From Oscillospiraceae bacterium (GTDB lineage Bacteria > Bacillota > Clostridia > Oscillospirales > Ruminococcaceae), in NCBI GenBank assembly GCA_051882575.1, contig JBJESB010000092.1:23421-87420 (forward strand): a stretch of 64,000 nt of DNA. The letters run 5' to 3'. The position numbers and the translations under genes are program-made. The notes under the pieces are model-generated. The model ran no database searches and had not been told where the DNA came from. It worked only from the letters and a program-made list of their open reading frames with translations. This document shows positions 37,359-47,132 of the stretch, piece after piece (the first letter of the stretch is position 1; the number at the start of each line of letters is the position of its first letter).

Positions 37359-38222
37359 ATGTTAGTATCAGCAAAAGAAATGCTGAACAAGGCTCGCGAC
37401 GGCAAGTACGCTGTTGGTCAGTTCAACATTAACAACCTTGAGTGGACAAAGGCTATTCTTCAGACAGCGCAGGAGCTCCAGTCACCTGTAATTCTTGGTG
37501 TATCCGAGGGCGCTGGCAAGTATATGTGCGGTTATTCCACAATCGTAGGTATGGTAAAGGGCATGATTGAGAACCTCGGTATCACTGTTCCTGTTGCTCT
37601 TCACCTTGACCACGGCTCTTTCGAGGGCGCAAAGGCTTGCATCAATGCGGGATTCTCTTCCATTATGTTTGATGGCTCACACCTTCCTTTTGAGGAGAAT
37701 GTTGCCAAGACAACAGCTCTGAAGAACACCTGTGATGTACTTGGTCTGTCTCTTGAGGCTGAGGTTGGTTCAATCGGCGGTGAGGAAGACGGCGTTGTAG
37801 GCATGGGCGAATGCGCAGACCCCGATGAGTGCAAGCAGGTTGCAGACCTGGGTGTTACAATGCTTGCTGCAGGTATTGGTAACATTCACGGCAAGTACCC
37901 CGAGAACTGGGCAGGTCTGTCCTTCGATACTCTGGCTGCTATCAAGGAAAAGGTTGGCGATATGCCTCTGGTTCTTCACGGTGGTACAGGTATTCCCGAC
38001 GATATGATTAAGAAGGCAATTTCTCTGGGCGTTGCAAAAATCAACGTTAACACAGAGTGCCAGCTGGTATTCCAGGAAGCAACAAGAGCATACATTGAAG
38101 CAGGTAAGGACCAGCAGGGCAAGGGCTTTGACCCCAGAAAGCTGCTCGCACCCGGCACCGAGGCAATAAAGGCTAAGGTTAAGGAGAAGATGGAGCTGTT
38201 CGGTTCTGTCGGCAAGGCTTAA
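37359..38222 (+). CDS. fba: Class II fructose-1,6-bisphosphate aldolase
   Basis: YAVGQFNINNLE, LHLDHG, GNIHGKY, LVLHGGTG, KINVNT. Confidence 0.95.
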   Translation: MLVSAKEMLNKARDGKYAVGQFNINNLEWTKAILQTAQELQSPVILGVSEGAGKYMCGYSTIVGMVKGMIENLGITVPVALHLDHGSFEGAKACINAGFSSIMFDGSHLPFEENVAKTTALKNTCDVLGLSLEAEVGSIGGEEDGVVGMGECADPDECKQVADLGVTMLAAGIGNIHGKYPENWAGLSFDTLAAIKEKVGDMPLVLHGGTGIPDDMIKKAISLGVAKINVNTECQLVFQEATRAYIEAGKDQQGKGFDPRKLLAPGTEAIKAKVKEKMELFGSVGKA

Positions 38223-38237
38223 TTACTGAAAATACAG

Positions 38238-38266
38238 CACCGTCGCTATAAAAGCGGCGGTGTTTT
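38238..38266 (+). terminator. Terminator after fba
   Basis: GCACCGTCGCT/AGCGGCGGTGT stem plus TTT. Confidence 0.55.
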
Positions 38267-38288
38267 GCGCATAGCAAGGAGTAATAGT

Positions 38289-38702
38289 ATGCGACTTGAT
38301 GGCATGGGTCTGTTCGTTAAGGATATGGCAAAGATGATTAGGTTTTACAGAGATGTTCTTGGGTTTGAGATAAAAGAGAATGAGGACACCGGGAATGTAT
38401 ATCTTGTAAAAGACGGAACATTGTTTTTGCTTTATGGCAGAAAAGACTTTGAGAAAATGACAGGCAGGGAATTTGAGTACACCAAAGGCATGAACGGTCA
38501 CTTTGAGATTGCCCTGTATGTTGACACATTTGACGAAGTTGATTCGGAATTTGAAAAAGCAGTACAAAACGGCGCAACGCCCGTAATGAGTCCCGCAACC
38601 GAGCCATGGGGACAAAGAACCTGCTACATTGCTGACCCCGAAGGCAATCTGATTGAGATTGGTTCATTTAACAAGCCTTTCGATATAAAGGATAACAACT
38701 GA
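38289..38702 (+). CDS. VOC/glyoxalase family protein
   Basis: FYRDVLGF, EPWGQRTCYIADPEGNLIEI. Confidence 0.9.
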   Translation: MRLDGMGLFVKDMAKMIRFYRDVLGFEIKENEDTGNVYLVKDGTLFLLYGRKDFEKMTGREFEYTKGMNGHFEIALYVDTFDEVDSEFEKAVQNGATPVMSPATEPWGQRTCYIADPEGNLIEIGSFNKPFDIKDNN

Positions 38703-38761
38703 TTATCTGCCGTTTAAATAATCAATATCGGTTATTCTATCAAAGCGCAAAATATTTCACA

Positions 38762-38792
38762 GCCCTCTGCTAATGATTATTTAGCAGAGGGC
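38762..38792. terminator. Hairpin downstream of VOC gene
   Basis: GCCCTCTGCTAA/TTAGCAGAGGGC perfect stem. Confidence 0.5.
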
Positions 38793-38967
38793 AATTTGCT
38801 ATATCAGCTATTCGTGATTTGTTACAAATTATGTTTAGATAAGCATTTGATTTTGTTTGATATTTGCCACTTTACAAATCGAGAATTTCTGCTATACTTA
38901 AATATGTTTGATTAGGTTTTCGTATATAAATCAGAAAACGATTACACTGTTTTGGGGAGGGATTGCA

Positions 38968-40707
38968 ATGTTCATGTTCAGGTGGTTGTGGAAAAACATG
39001 GAGGGCTGCAGAGCGCTGTATATCTGTGCGTTGATTCTGACAGTGGTCTGCCAGTCTATGACGATATTCACACCATACTTTTCAGGACAGATAACCGATA
39101 CATTTATTGTAAGCGAAAACGCAGCCGAGAATTTAAAAACACAGCCCGAGCTGCTGGTTTACCTGCTTATTGCAATGTTCGGATTTACGCTTATGCGCTC
39201 AATATTGATGTACACAACAGCAATGATGTACGAGCATTCGTCGCAGACTGTAATCTACCGTGTGCGCAAGGTATTGTTTGATAAGATTGAACATCAGGAT
39301 GCCCGCTTTTATAATGTCTACCGTACCGGTGATATTATGACGCGCGTTACCTCCGACCTTGATATGGTGCGCCACTCGCTTGCGTGGATAATCAAGGCAA
39401 TGGTAGAGTGTCTGGCTCTGTTCAGTGCGTCGTTGATTTTCTTCTTTACAATGGATTGGCTGATGGCGCTGTGCCTGATTGCGCTTACGCCGATGATTCT
39501 GTTTATTACATGGCTGTTTAAGCGTAAGGCAGGACCTATGTATGTTGACCTTCGCGACAAGCTTTCAGGCATGAATACAGCAGCAGAGGAAAACATCTCC
39601 GGTAACAGAGTAATTAAGGCGTTTGCCCGCGAGCCTTACGAAATCAAGCAGTTTGACAAATACAGCAAGGAATACAGCGAGGCATCCAAAAAGACGGCAT
39701 TCATGTGGCTGAAATTCTTTCCGTATCTAGAAACTGTCGCGCAGGCTCTGAGCGTAGTAATGCTGGTATGCGGCGGTTTGTTTGTAATCTTCGGCAGAAT
39801 AACTGCGGGACAGTATGTTGCCTTTTCAGGACTCATCTGGACTCTTTCAAACCCCATGCGTACTCTTGGAAACATTGTAAACGACCTTCAGCGATTCTCG
39901 GCGTCAATGGATAAGATTATTGAGATTTACTACGGCAGTCCTACAATCGTTGACCGCGCAGACGCAGTGGACAAGCCTTCGCGCTTTGATGGAAAAGTAG
40001 AGTTCAGTCATGTCAGCTTTTCTTTTGGCAAGACAAAAATTCTTGACGATGTGTCATTTGAAATAAATGCAGGCGAAACAGTAGTTATAATGGGCGAAAC
40101 CGGCTCCGGCAAAACAACACTGCTTAATCTCATTCCGCGAATTTATGACCCCGAATCGGGAGAGGTTAAGGTTGACGGCGTGAATGTGAAAATGCTGAAG
40201 CTTAATCAGCTGCGCGGTAATATCGGAATGGCAACGCAGGATGTACTGCTTTATTCAGACACAATAGACGGAAATATCAGCTTCGGAAATACATCAATGT
40301 CCGAAGAAGAGGTTGAGAAATCCGCAAAGCTTGCAGATGCTGACGGCTTCATCAGAAAATTGGCTGACGGTTATGATACAATTGTAGGCGAGCGTGGTGT
40401 GGGTCTTTCGGGCGGTCAGAAGCAGAGAATATCCTTAGCCCGCGCATTAGCGGTGAAGCCTGCAATACTTATTCTTGACGACACCACATCTGCAGTTGAC
40501 CTTGAAACAGAAAAGCACATACAGGACTCGCTAAACAGCCTTGAATTTCCCTGCACGAAGATTATTGTTGCGCAGAGAATATCCACAGCACGATTTGCCG
40601 ATAAGATAATTGTACTGCGCGGCGGAAAGATACTGGAGCAGGGCACGCATGATGAGCTTATTCAGCGTGACGGCTATTACCGCGAGGTATATGAACTTCA
40701 GAAGTAA
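38968..40707 (+). CDS. ABC exporter, fused permease/ATPase (degenerate-site half)
   Basis: TMD plus GETGSGKT, LSGGQKQR, Walker B ILDDT, AQR switch. Confidence 0.92.
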   Translation: MFMFRWLWKNMEGCRALYICALILTVVCQSMTIFTPYFSGQITDTFIVSENAAENLKTQPELLVYLLIAMFGFTLMRSILMYTTAMMYEHSSQTVIYRVRKVLFDKIEHQDARFYNVYRTGDIMTRVTSDLDMVRHSLAWIIKAMVECLALFSASLIFFFTMDWLMALCLIALTPMILFITWLFKRKAGPMYVDLRDKLSGMNTAAEENISGNRVIKAFAREPYEIKQFDKYSKEYSEASKKTAFMWLKFFPYLETVAQALSVVMLVCGGLFVIFGRITAGQYVAFSGLIWTLSNPMRTLGNIVNDLQRFSASMDKIIEIYYGSPTIVDRADAVDKPSRFDGKVEFSHVSFSFGKTKILDDVSFEINAGETVVIMGETGSGKTTLLNLIPRIYDPESGEVKVDGVNVKMLKLNQLRGNIGMATQDVLLYSDTIDGNISFGNTSMSEEEVEKSAKLADADGFIRKLADGYDTIVGERGVGLSGGQKQRISLARALAVKPAILILDDTTSAVDLETEKHIQDSLNSLEFPCTKIIVAQRISTARFADKIIVLRGGKILEQGTHDELIQRDGYYREVYELQK

Positions 40708-40719
40708 GGAGGCGAGCAC

Positions 40720-42489
40720 ATGGCACGAAATAAATTCGATATAGACGAAACACTTGAAACTCCGTTTGACCTGCGTCATCTGAAACGCTCACTGGTGTAT
40801 GCCGCAAGGTACAAGGGCAGAATAGCGCTGGCGCTTCTTTTAAGTACTGCTGCGGCTGTAATTGGTCTGCTCTCACCGCTGATTATAAAGAATGCTGTCG
40901 ATAATTATATGGACAGCACGGAAGATATACCATTACTGCTGTTAAGCGGCGCAGGAGTACTGGCGTGTATCATTGTCAGCGTTGTATTCTCAAAAATACG
41001 CTCTCAGATTATGACTGATGTCGGTCAGAATATTGTGTATGATATCCGCAAGGATTTGTTTGCGCACATGCAGAAGCTGTCGTTTGAGTACTATGACAGC
41101 CGCCCGCACGGTAAAATACTTACGCGAATAATAAACTATATAAATTCAATCGGCGACCTTATGACTAACGGAATCATAAATTTTATACTGGAATTGCTAA
41201 ATCTGGTATTCATTATGATTTTTATGTTCTTTGTTTCATGGCAGCTTGCGCTGGTAACTCTTGCGGGTCTGCCGGTATATGCAGTGGTAATGATTGCGAT
41301 AAAAAACGGACAGCGAAAAGCTTGGCAGTCAGTTTCAAACAAGAGCAGCAATCTTAATGCATACCTTCACGAAAGCATAGTTGGTGTACAAATTTCGCAG
41401 ATATTCACCCGTGAGGAAGAGAACGCTGAAATTAACGATAAGCTCGCAAAGGCATATCGAAAAAGCTGGATGAAAGCAGTAAGCTTTTCAAACCTTGTCT
41501 GGCCAACGACCGATGTTATTTCGATTGGTGTACGAGTATTTATTTTTGCGGTAGGATTATTCGGCTTCGGCGGCACGATTTCCCTCGGTACTATTCTCTC
41601 AATGACAGATTACGCGTCGCGATTCTGGATGCCGCTGATGAACCTGTCAAACCTTATGAATACGTTTATAAATGCAGTAGCGTATCTTGAGAGAATTTTT
41701 GAGATGATGGACGAGCCGGTAACAGTATGTGATATCGATAATGCAGCCGAAATGCCGGAAATACGCGGTGATGTTAAGTTTGATAATGTAACCTTCCGCT
41801 ATGAAGAGGGAATCGACATCCTGAAAGACTTAAGCTTTGAGGTTAAAGCAGGCGAAAGCGTTGCGCTTGTTGGTCCGACGGGCGCAGGTAAGACAACAAT
41901 TGTCAATCTGCTGTCGCGTTTTTATAATATAAATGGCGGTAAGGTACTAATAGACGGCACAGATATTTCGCAGGTAACACTGCGTTCTCTGCGTTCGCAG
42001 ATGGGTATTATGCTTCAGGACAGCTTCATTTTCAGCGGAACAATTCGCGATAATATCAGGTATGGCAGGCTTGACGCAACAGATGAGGAAATCCGCGAGG
42101 CTTGCAGAATAGTCGGTATTGATGACTATATCATATCACTGAAAGACGGATACGATACAGAAGTAAATGAACGCGGCGCGGGACTTTCACAAGGTCAGAA
42201 GCAGCTGATTGCTTTTGCGCGCACCATAGTGTCCAATCCAAAAATACTTGTTCTTGATGAAGCCACTTCTTCGATTGACGCTAAAACAGAGCGTTACCTG
42301 CAAAACGGACTTAATCATCTTCTTAAAGGCAGGACTTCATTCATTATTGCACACCGTCTTTCCACCATACGCAGCTGCGACCGAATAATGTACATTTCCA
42401 ACAAGGGAATAACCGAATCTGGTACGCATGAAGAACTTATGGCAAAGCGCGGTGATTATTACAAGCTATACACAGCGCAGAGTGTATAA
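40720..42489 (+). CDS. ABC exporter, fused permease/ATPase (consensus-site half)
   Basis: TMD plus GPTGAGKT, LSQGQKQ, VLDEAT, AHRLST. Confidence 0.92.
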   Translation: MARNKFDIDETLETPFDLRHLKRSLVYAARYKGRIALALLLSTAAAVIGLLSPLIIKNAVDNYMDSTEDIPLLLLSGAGVLACIIVSVVFSKIRSQIMTDVGQNIVYDIRKDLFAHMQKLSFEYYDSRPHGKILTRIINYINSIGDLMTNGIINFILELLNLVFIMIFMFFVSWQLALVTLAGLPVYAVVMIAIKNGQRKAWQSVSNKSSNLNAYLHESIVGVQISQIFTREEENAEINDKLAKAYRKSWMKAVSFSNLVWPTTDVISIGVRVFIFAVGLFGFGGTISLGTILSMTDYASRFWMPLMNLSNLMNTFINAVAYLERIFEMMDEPVTVCDIDNAAEMPEIRGDVKFDNVTFRYEEGIDILKDLSFEVKAGESVALVGPTGAGKTTIVNLLSRFYNINGGKVLIDGTDISQVTLRSLRSQMGIMLQDSFIFSGTIRDNIRYGRLDATDEEIREACRIVGIDDYIISLKDGYDTEVNERGAGLSQGQKQLIAFARTIVSNPKILVLDEATSSIDAKTERYLQNGLNHLLKGRTSFIIAHRLSTIRSCDRIMYISNKGITESGTHEELMAKRGDYYKLYTAQSV

Positions 42490-42525
42490 TTGTTTATTCG
42501 GCTGAAAGTGTATTCATTCAGCCGT

Positions 42526-42630
42526 CAGTCTGTCGATAAAGGCACATCTGCGTTGTCAGCGGCATATCAGCAGGCACAAAGCCTAGCTGATATGCCGCTT
42601 CCTAGTATCTGCACCTTTCTCACCAGACTG
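42526..42630. repeat. Long palindromic intergenic element (MITE/REP-like)
   Basis: Ends CAGTCTGTCGATAAAGG / CCTTTCTCACCAGACTG; internal AGCGGCATATCAGC / GCTGATATGCCGCT stem. Confidence 0.55.
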
Positions 42631-42824
42631 GGAATGACACTTCTTCGTCAAGTTGTCGGCTGATAATGTTTTTTCAACCGTTTCTTACATTTTGCTTAAT
42701 TATTGAAAAAAACTGCTTATATTTTACAAAACCTCTTGATTTTTAAGTCAAAATATGAGAAAATAAAAGAGAGTTTATATTTGACTCTTTTTGTATTTTA
42801 GAAAAACTGAAAGGTGATATATAA

Positions 42825-45275
42825 ATGGCGCGCTTTTTTAATTTCGAGGGAGATTACTTTGGACTGAATGATGAAGAGCTTGCGACAAATTTTGAGCTTT
42901 ACGGTGAAAATGTGTACGAAAAGCCTGATGATGAAGATTATTTTTCACCGTTAAGAATTGTGTTGTCGCCATCTGTAATTCTCATGTTTGTAACAGGCTT
43001 GGTAAGCCTGTTCAGCGATAATCTTGCTTCGGGAATCATAATACTTGTACTTGACGCACTGTTCGTAGCTTCTCAGCTGTTTGTACGCCACGAAGCGATA
43101 AAGCGGCTTGACGCAATCGGCAGTTCAGCTTCTATGAAATTCCGTGTTATCCGCAACGGAACAATGTCTTATGTTGAAAAGAGATATATTGTACCGGATG
43201 ATATTCTTGTAATAGAAGCAGGCGAGCAAGTTCCTGCTGATGCAATGCTGCTGGAGTCGCGCGATGTTACGGTAGACGAGAGCGTGCTTACCAACAGCTC
43301 AAAGCCTGCGGCAAAGTATGCAGGTGCTATCTCAAAATCCGAGTGTAACCCATCTTTCTTTTACAGCGGTACAAAGATGCTGACAGGCATAGCAGTCTGC
43401 AAGGTTCGTGCCACAGGCGTTGATACCAAGCTTTACCGCAAGCTTCTTGATACCCAGCCCGAGCGCAGCCACACTACTCGTCTTGACCGCACAGTACGCA
43501 TAACCGTACTGTACAGCTCTGTTGTGGCTGCGGTACTTACATTGGTATTACTTATTATCTCGTTAGTTACCGGAGCACCGTTTATTGACAGCACACTTCA
43601 TGCGCTTTCAATAGGTCTTTGCTTTATTCCGGCGGGAATAAGCACGGTTATCCGCGCGTATTATTTAAGGGGAGTATCACAGCTTCAGGCATCGGGCGGA
43701 CTTATCAAGTCGCTGGATATGATTGAAAAGCTCAATTCTTTATCGGTACTGTGCGTCGAAAAAGAGGGTGCAATCTCACGCGACCGTCTTTCTGTGCGCG
43801 AGGTATACACAAATAACGAAGAATTGCTGTACATGGTTGCTGCACTGGCTTGTGAAAAAGAGCCTGCCGACGATTCCGAGAGTGCAATAATGATGAAAGC
43901 GTCATTCTATGACGAGAATATCACCGATTTGTACTCACAGCACAAGCTGCTGAAAAGAATAAAAGAAGAAAACGGTGTAAGCGGAGCCCTTTGGAAAACG
44001 GGCGACAGCAAGCTTTACTGTATTAAAGGCGCTCCCGACAGTATTCTTCCGCTTTGCAAAATGAGCTCCGATGAACTTTATTCGGTAAAGAGCAAGCAGC
44101 AGGCTTATTATGAAGCAGGCTGGAGCGTAATTGCTGTGGCTTGTGTTGAAGCTTCCGGCAGTACGCATGATGTAACATCGGGCTTCAGGTATATTTTCTG
44201 CGGATTTTTTGCAGTGTCTGCGCCGCTGCGTGATTCTGTCGCAGCCGCTGTAAAGACTTGCAAGCGCACAGGTGTAAAAGTAGTAATGCTTACCGAGGAA
44301 AGCGCACCGGTTGCGGAATCTACCGGTAAGATGATTGGTTTGCCCGGCAAAACAATTACCGGAAAGATGATTTCCGATTCAATCAATAACGGAACACCGC
44401 TTGAGTATGACGCTGATATTTATGCTAAAGTGACGCCTGAACAGAAGCTGTTTATCATTGATAATATCAAGCGGCAGGGCAAGGTTGTTGCAATGACCGG
44501 TACACGGGTTTCCGATGCGGATACGCTGGAGCTTGCCGACATAGGGCTTACAATCCGCGACCATACCCAGGGCAGCGCCTATGAGTCTGCTGATATAATA
44601 ATGAACGACGATAATCTTGGCTCAATTGCCGACATGATAGCTGCCGCTCGTCAGATTCATCGCAATGTAAAGCGCGCAGTTTCGGTTATGATTTCGGGAT
44701 ATATTGCGCTGATAATGCTTGTAGTGCTGAATTTATTCAACAGTTCAGCGCTGATGATAAACCCCACAATGGTTGCGTTGACTACAATGGTGATTCTGCC
44801 TGTAATCTCACTTGTATTTATTCGCAATGGAAGCGATTTGAAGAATAATATGCCTCCCAGTGAGTTTGTAATTCAGAATAAAATCAACTACCGTTTTATT
44901 CTGCAAACAGCGCTGTACGGGCTTATTATCGGTGTTGGAGCGATAGCGTCGTATTTCTTTATGTACAACGGCAGAACCGTAGAGTTCGCAAGAAGCTGCG
45001 CGTTTATATCATTCGGAATAGGGCTTGCATTGATGTCGCTGCACAATTTCAACACCGAAAGTGTGCTGGATTCGTTCAAGCACGTTGATAAGAAGGCAGC
45101 GATAATACTTATCGGAACTGTTCTTCTTCCGATACTGCTGGTCTACATTCCGTTTGTGAATACGGCTTTCGGTCTTGAAGCAATTGATATTGTCGCGCTG
45201 ATTATTTCGATTCTTTCGGGCGTTGTACTTCCGGCAGTATATGTGCTAATAAAGAGGCTTGCAAAATTCCATTGA
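42825..45275 (+). CDS. P-type (P2-like) ATPase homologue with substituted catalytic motifs (pseudo-ATPase)
   Basis: Full P2 layout (GEQVPAD, KGAP, TPEQK, ADIG, DDN) but DKTGT>EKEGA, TGES>TNSS, TGD>TEE, GDGVND>GTRVSD, PEGL>PAGI. Confidence 0.85.
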   Translation: MARFFNFEGDYFGLNDEELATNFELYGENVYEKPDDEDYFSPLRIVLSPSVILMFVTGLVSLFSDNLASGIIILVLDALFVASQLFVRHEAIKRLDAIGSSASMKFRVIRNGTMSYVEKRYIVPDDILVIEAGEQVPADAMLLESRDVTVDESVLTNSSKPAAKYAGAISKSECNPSFFYSGTKMLTGIAVCKVRATGVDTKLYRKLLDTQPERSHTTRLDRTVRITVLYSSVVAAVLTLVLLIISLVTGAPFIDSTLHALSIGLCFIPAGISTVIRAYYLRGVSQLQASGGLIKSLDMIEKLNSLSVLCVEKEGAISRDRLSVREVYTNNEELLYMVAALACEKEPADDSESAIMMKASFYDENITDLYSQHKLLKRIKEENGVSGALWKTGDSKLYCIKGAPDSILPLCKMSSDELYSVKSKQQAYYEAGWSVIAVACVEASGSTHDVTSGFRYIFCGFFAVSAPLRDSVAAAVKTCKRTGVKVVMLTEESAPVAESTGKMIGLPGKTITGKMISDSINNGTPLEYDADIYAKVTPEQKLFIIDNIKRQGKVVAMTGTRVSDADTLELADIGLTIRDHTQGSAYESADIIMNDDNLGSIADMIAAARQIHRNVKRAVSVMISGYIALIMLVVLNLFNSSALMINPTMVALTTMVILPVISLVFIRNGSDLKNNMPPSEFVIQNKINYRFILQTALYGLIIGVGAIASYFFMYNGRTVEFARSCAFISFGIGLALMSLHNFNTESVLDSFKHVDKKAAIILIGTVLLPILLVYIPFVNTAFGLEAIDIVALIISILSGVVLPAVYVLIKRLAKFH

Positions 45276-45288
45276 ACTGGGAGGTATT

Positions 45289-46146
45289 ATGAAAACTTTT
45301 GTAAAATATCTCGGGTATTTTATCTGCGGACTTTCATTCGGAATAGCGAATGTCATTCCGGGAGTTAGCGGTGGCACAATGCTGGTTGTATTTGGCATTT
45401 TTGATAAGCTGACCGAATCAATTTCCGGCATAAAAGCAATTTTTAAGAACATCTGGTTTTTGCTCTGCTTTGGCGCAGGCGCAGGAATAGGAATATTAGG
45501 TTTTTCGTTTGTGATATCATGGCTGTTTGCTGGCTTTGGTGTGCAGACCAATATGTTCTTTATCGGACTGATACTTGGCAGTATTCCTCTGATAATTAAA
45601 ACAGGCACATCCGATGAAAAGGTCAAGCCGCTGTGCATTATTCCGTTTGTGATAGCCTTTGCAGTGGTTATATTGCTTTCTGTTCTTGAGCGTTATGATA
45701 TCGTCAGCATTACGCCGGATGTTGTAAACGGCTTTGATATTATGATGACGCTAAAGCTATTTGTCTGTGCGCTGGTTGCAGCGGTAACAATGATAATCCC
45801 CGGTGTAAGCGGCTCGTTTGTAATGATGCTGCTGGGCGTGTATGAAACGGTTATCGGAGCAATCAAGGATTTGAATTTATTTGTACTTGTTCCTTTTGCG
45901 ATTGGCGTAGTTATAGGAATAATCGGCGGCGCAAAGCTGATTTCTGTTCTGATTAAGAAGCATAAGCTTATGGTTTACAGCGCAATTATGGGACTAATCG
46001 CAGGGTCGGTTTACGCGATACTTCCCGAGGGATTCGGATTCAATCTGCAAACAGGCTATGGCTTTGTCGCGCTGATTTTCGGCGTACTTGCAGCAATTCT
46101 TGTTGATAAGCTTGGACACAATCACGCACAGGAAGAGAAAGCATAA
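45289..46146 (+). CDS. DUF368 family membrane protein (undecaprenyl-phosphate translocase family)
   Basis: Internal repeat ANVIPGVSGGT / MIIPGVSGS; multi-TM. Confidence 0.88.
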   Translation: MKTFVKYLGYFICGLSFGIANVIPGVSGGTMLVVFGIFDKLTESISGIKAIFKNIWFLLCFGAGAGIGILGFSFVISWLFAGFGVQTNMFFIGLILGSIPLIIKTGTSDEKVKPLCIIPFVIAFAVVILLSVLERYDIVSITPDVVNGFDIMMTLKLFVCALVAAVTMIIPGVSGSFVMMLLGVYETVIGAIKDLNLFVLVPFAIGVVIGIIGGAKLISVLIKKHKLMVYSAIMGLIAGSVYAILPEGFGFNLQTGYGFVALIFGVLAAILVDKLGHNHAQEEKA

Positions 46147-46200
46147 TCACATTTCTCGAATGCAGGCATATTTTAGCAGATTGAACTGCATAGATTAACA

Positions 46201-46262
46201 GAATAACGAAACCACTTTCTGACAATACTACTTGTACAAAAAAGTATTGCAGAGGTGGTTTT
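46201..46262 (+). promoter_or_regulatory. Candidate SigF/SigG promoter and RBS-sequestering hairpin of sigG
   Basis: GAATA-18-AATACTA; stem AAACCAC..TCTG.CAATACT / AGTATTG-CAGAG-GTGGTTT covers the GAGGTG RBS. Confidence 0.6.
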
Positions 46263-47033
46263 GTGTATTATAACAAGGTTGAAATCAGCGGCGTGAATAC
46301 CTCAAAGCTAAAAGTATTGCGCGAGAGCGAAAAAATGGCTCTGCTGAAAAAAGTAAAAGAGGGAGATATGCAAGCACGCGAGGAGCTGATTAACGGAAAT
46401 CTGCGGCTGGTGCTAAGCGTAATACAGCAATTTGCAGGCAGAGGGGAAAACGCAGATGATTTATTTCAGGTTGGGTGTATCGGTCTTATCAAGGCGATTG
46501 ACAATTTTGATATCACGCAGCCGGTACGATTTTCAACCTATGCAGTGCCGATGATTCAAGGTGAGCTAAGGCGATATCTTCGCGACAACGCGCCCGTACG
46601 CGTCAGCCGCTCTCTGCGTGATTTGGCATACCGCGCAATGCAGGCAAAGGAAAAGCTGACAGCAAAAAATGGCAGTGAGCCGTCAATTGACGCTATATCA
46701 AAAGAACTGAATGTCCCGCGTCAGGATATCGTAATGGCGCTGGAAGCGATTAGCGAGCCAATTTCACTGTATGAGCCTGTATATTCCGAAACAGGTGACA
46801 CAATTTACGTTCTTGACCAGCTTGGCGACCATAACGACGATATGAACTGGCTTGATGAACTCTCGCTAAAAGAAGCCATGCGTCAACTGGGTGCGCGGGA
46901 AAAGCGAATAATAAATTTAAGATTCTTCTGCGGTAAAACCCAAGTTGAGGTTGCAAAAGAGATTGGCATAAGTCAGGCACAGGTATCACGATTGGAAAAG
47001 GGCGCATTAAACAAGATTAAAAACAGATTTTGA
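46263..47033 (+). CDS. sigG: Sporulation sigma factor SigG
   Basis: NKVEISGVNTSKL, GNLRLVLSVIQ, DDLFQVGCIGL, FSTYAVPMI, GKTQVEVA; GTG start. Confidence 0.92.
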   Translation: MYYNKVEISGVNTSKLKVLRESEKMALLKKVKEGDMQAREELINGNLRLVLSVIQQFAGRGENADDLFQVGCIGLIKAIDNFDITQPVRFSTYAVPMIQGELRRYLRDNAPVRVSRSLRDLAYRAMQAKEKLTAKNGSEPSIDAISKELNVPRQDIVMALEAISEPISLYEPVYSETGDTIYVLDQLGDHNDDMNWLDELSLKEAMRQLGAREKRIINLRFFCGKTQVEVAKEIGISQAQVSRLEKGALNKIKNRF

Positions 47034-47070
47034 TTATACACGGCGCATAGTATTTGTTGTATAAAAACTG

Positions 47071-47107
47071 AAAGCCTCCTATGGAAAACTCACCACAGGA
47101 GGCTTTT
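47071..47107. terminator. Bidirectional terminator
   Basis: AAAGCCTCCT...AGGAGGCTTTT between convergent genes. Confidence 0.7.
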
Positions 47108-47132
47108 GTGTTGCAGATTAAGACGTAATGAT

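Noticed and set aside
38968-42489. Degenerate Walker B and switch in the first ABC half as a novelty
   Set aside because: Normal asymmetry of heterodimeric ABC exporters
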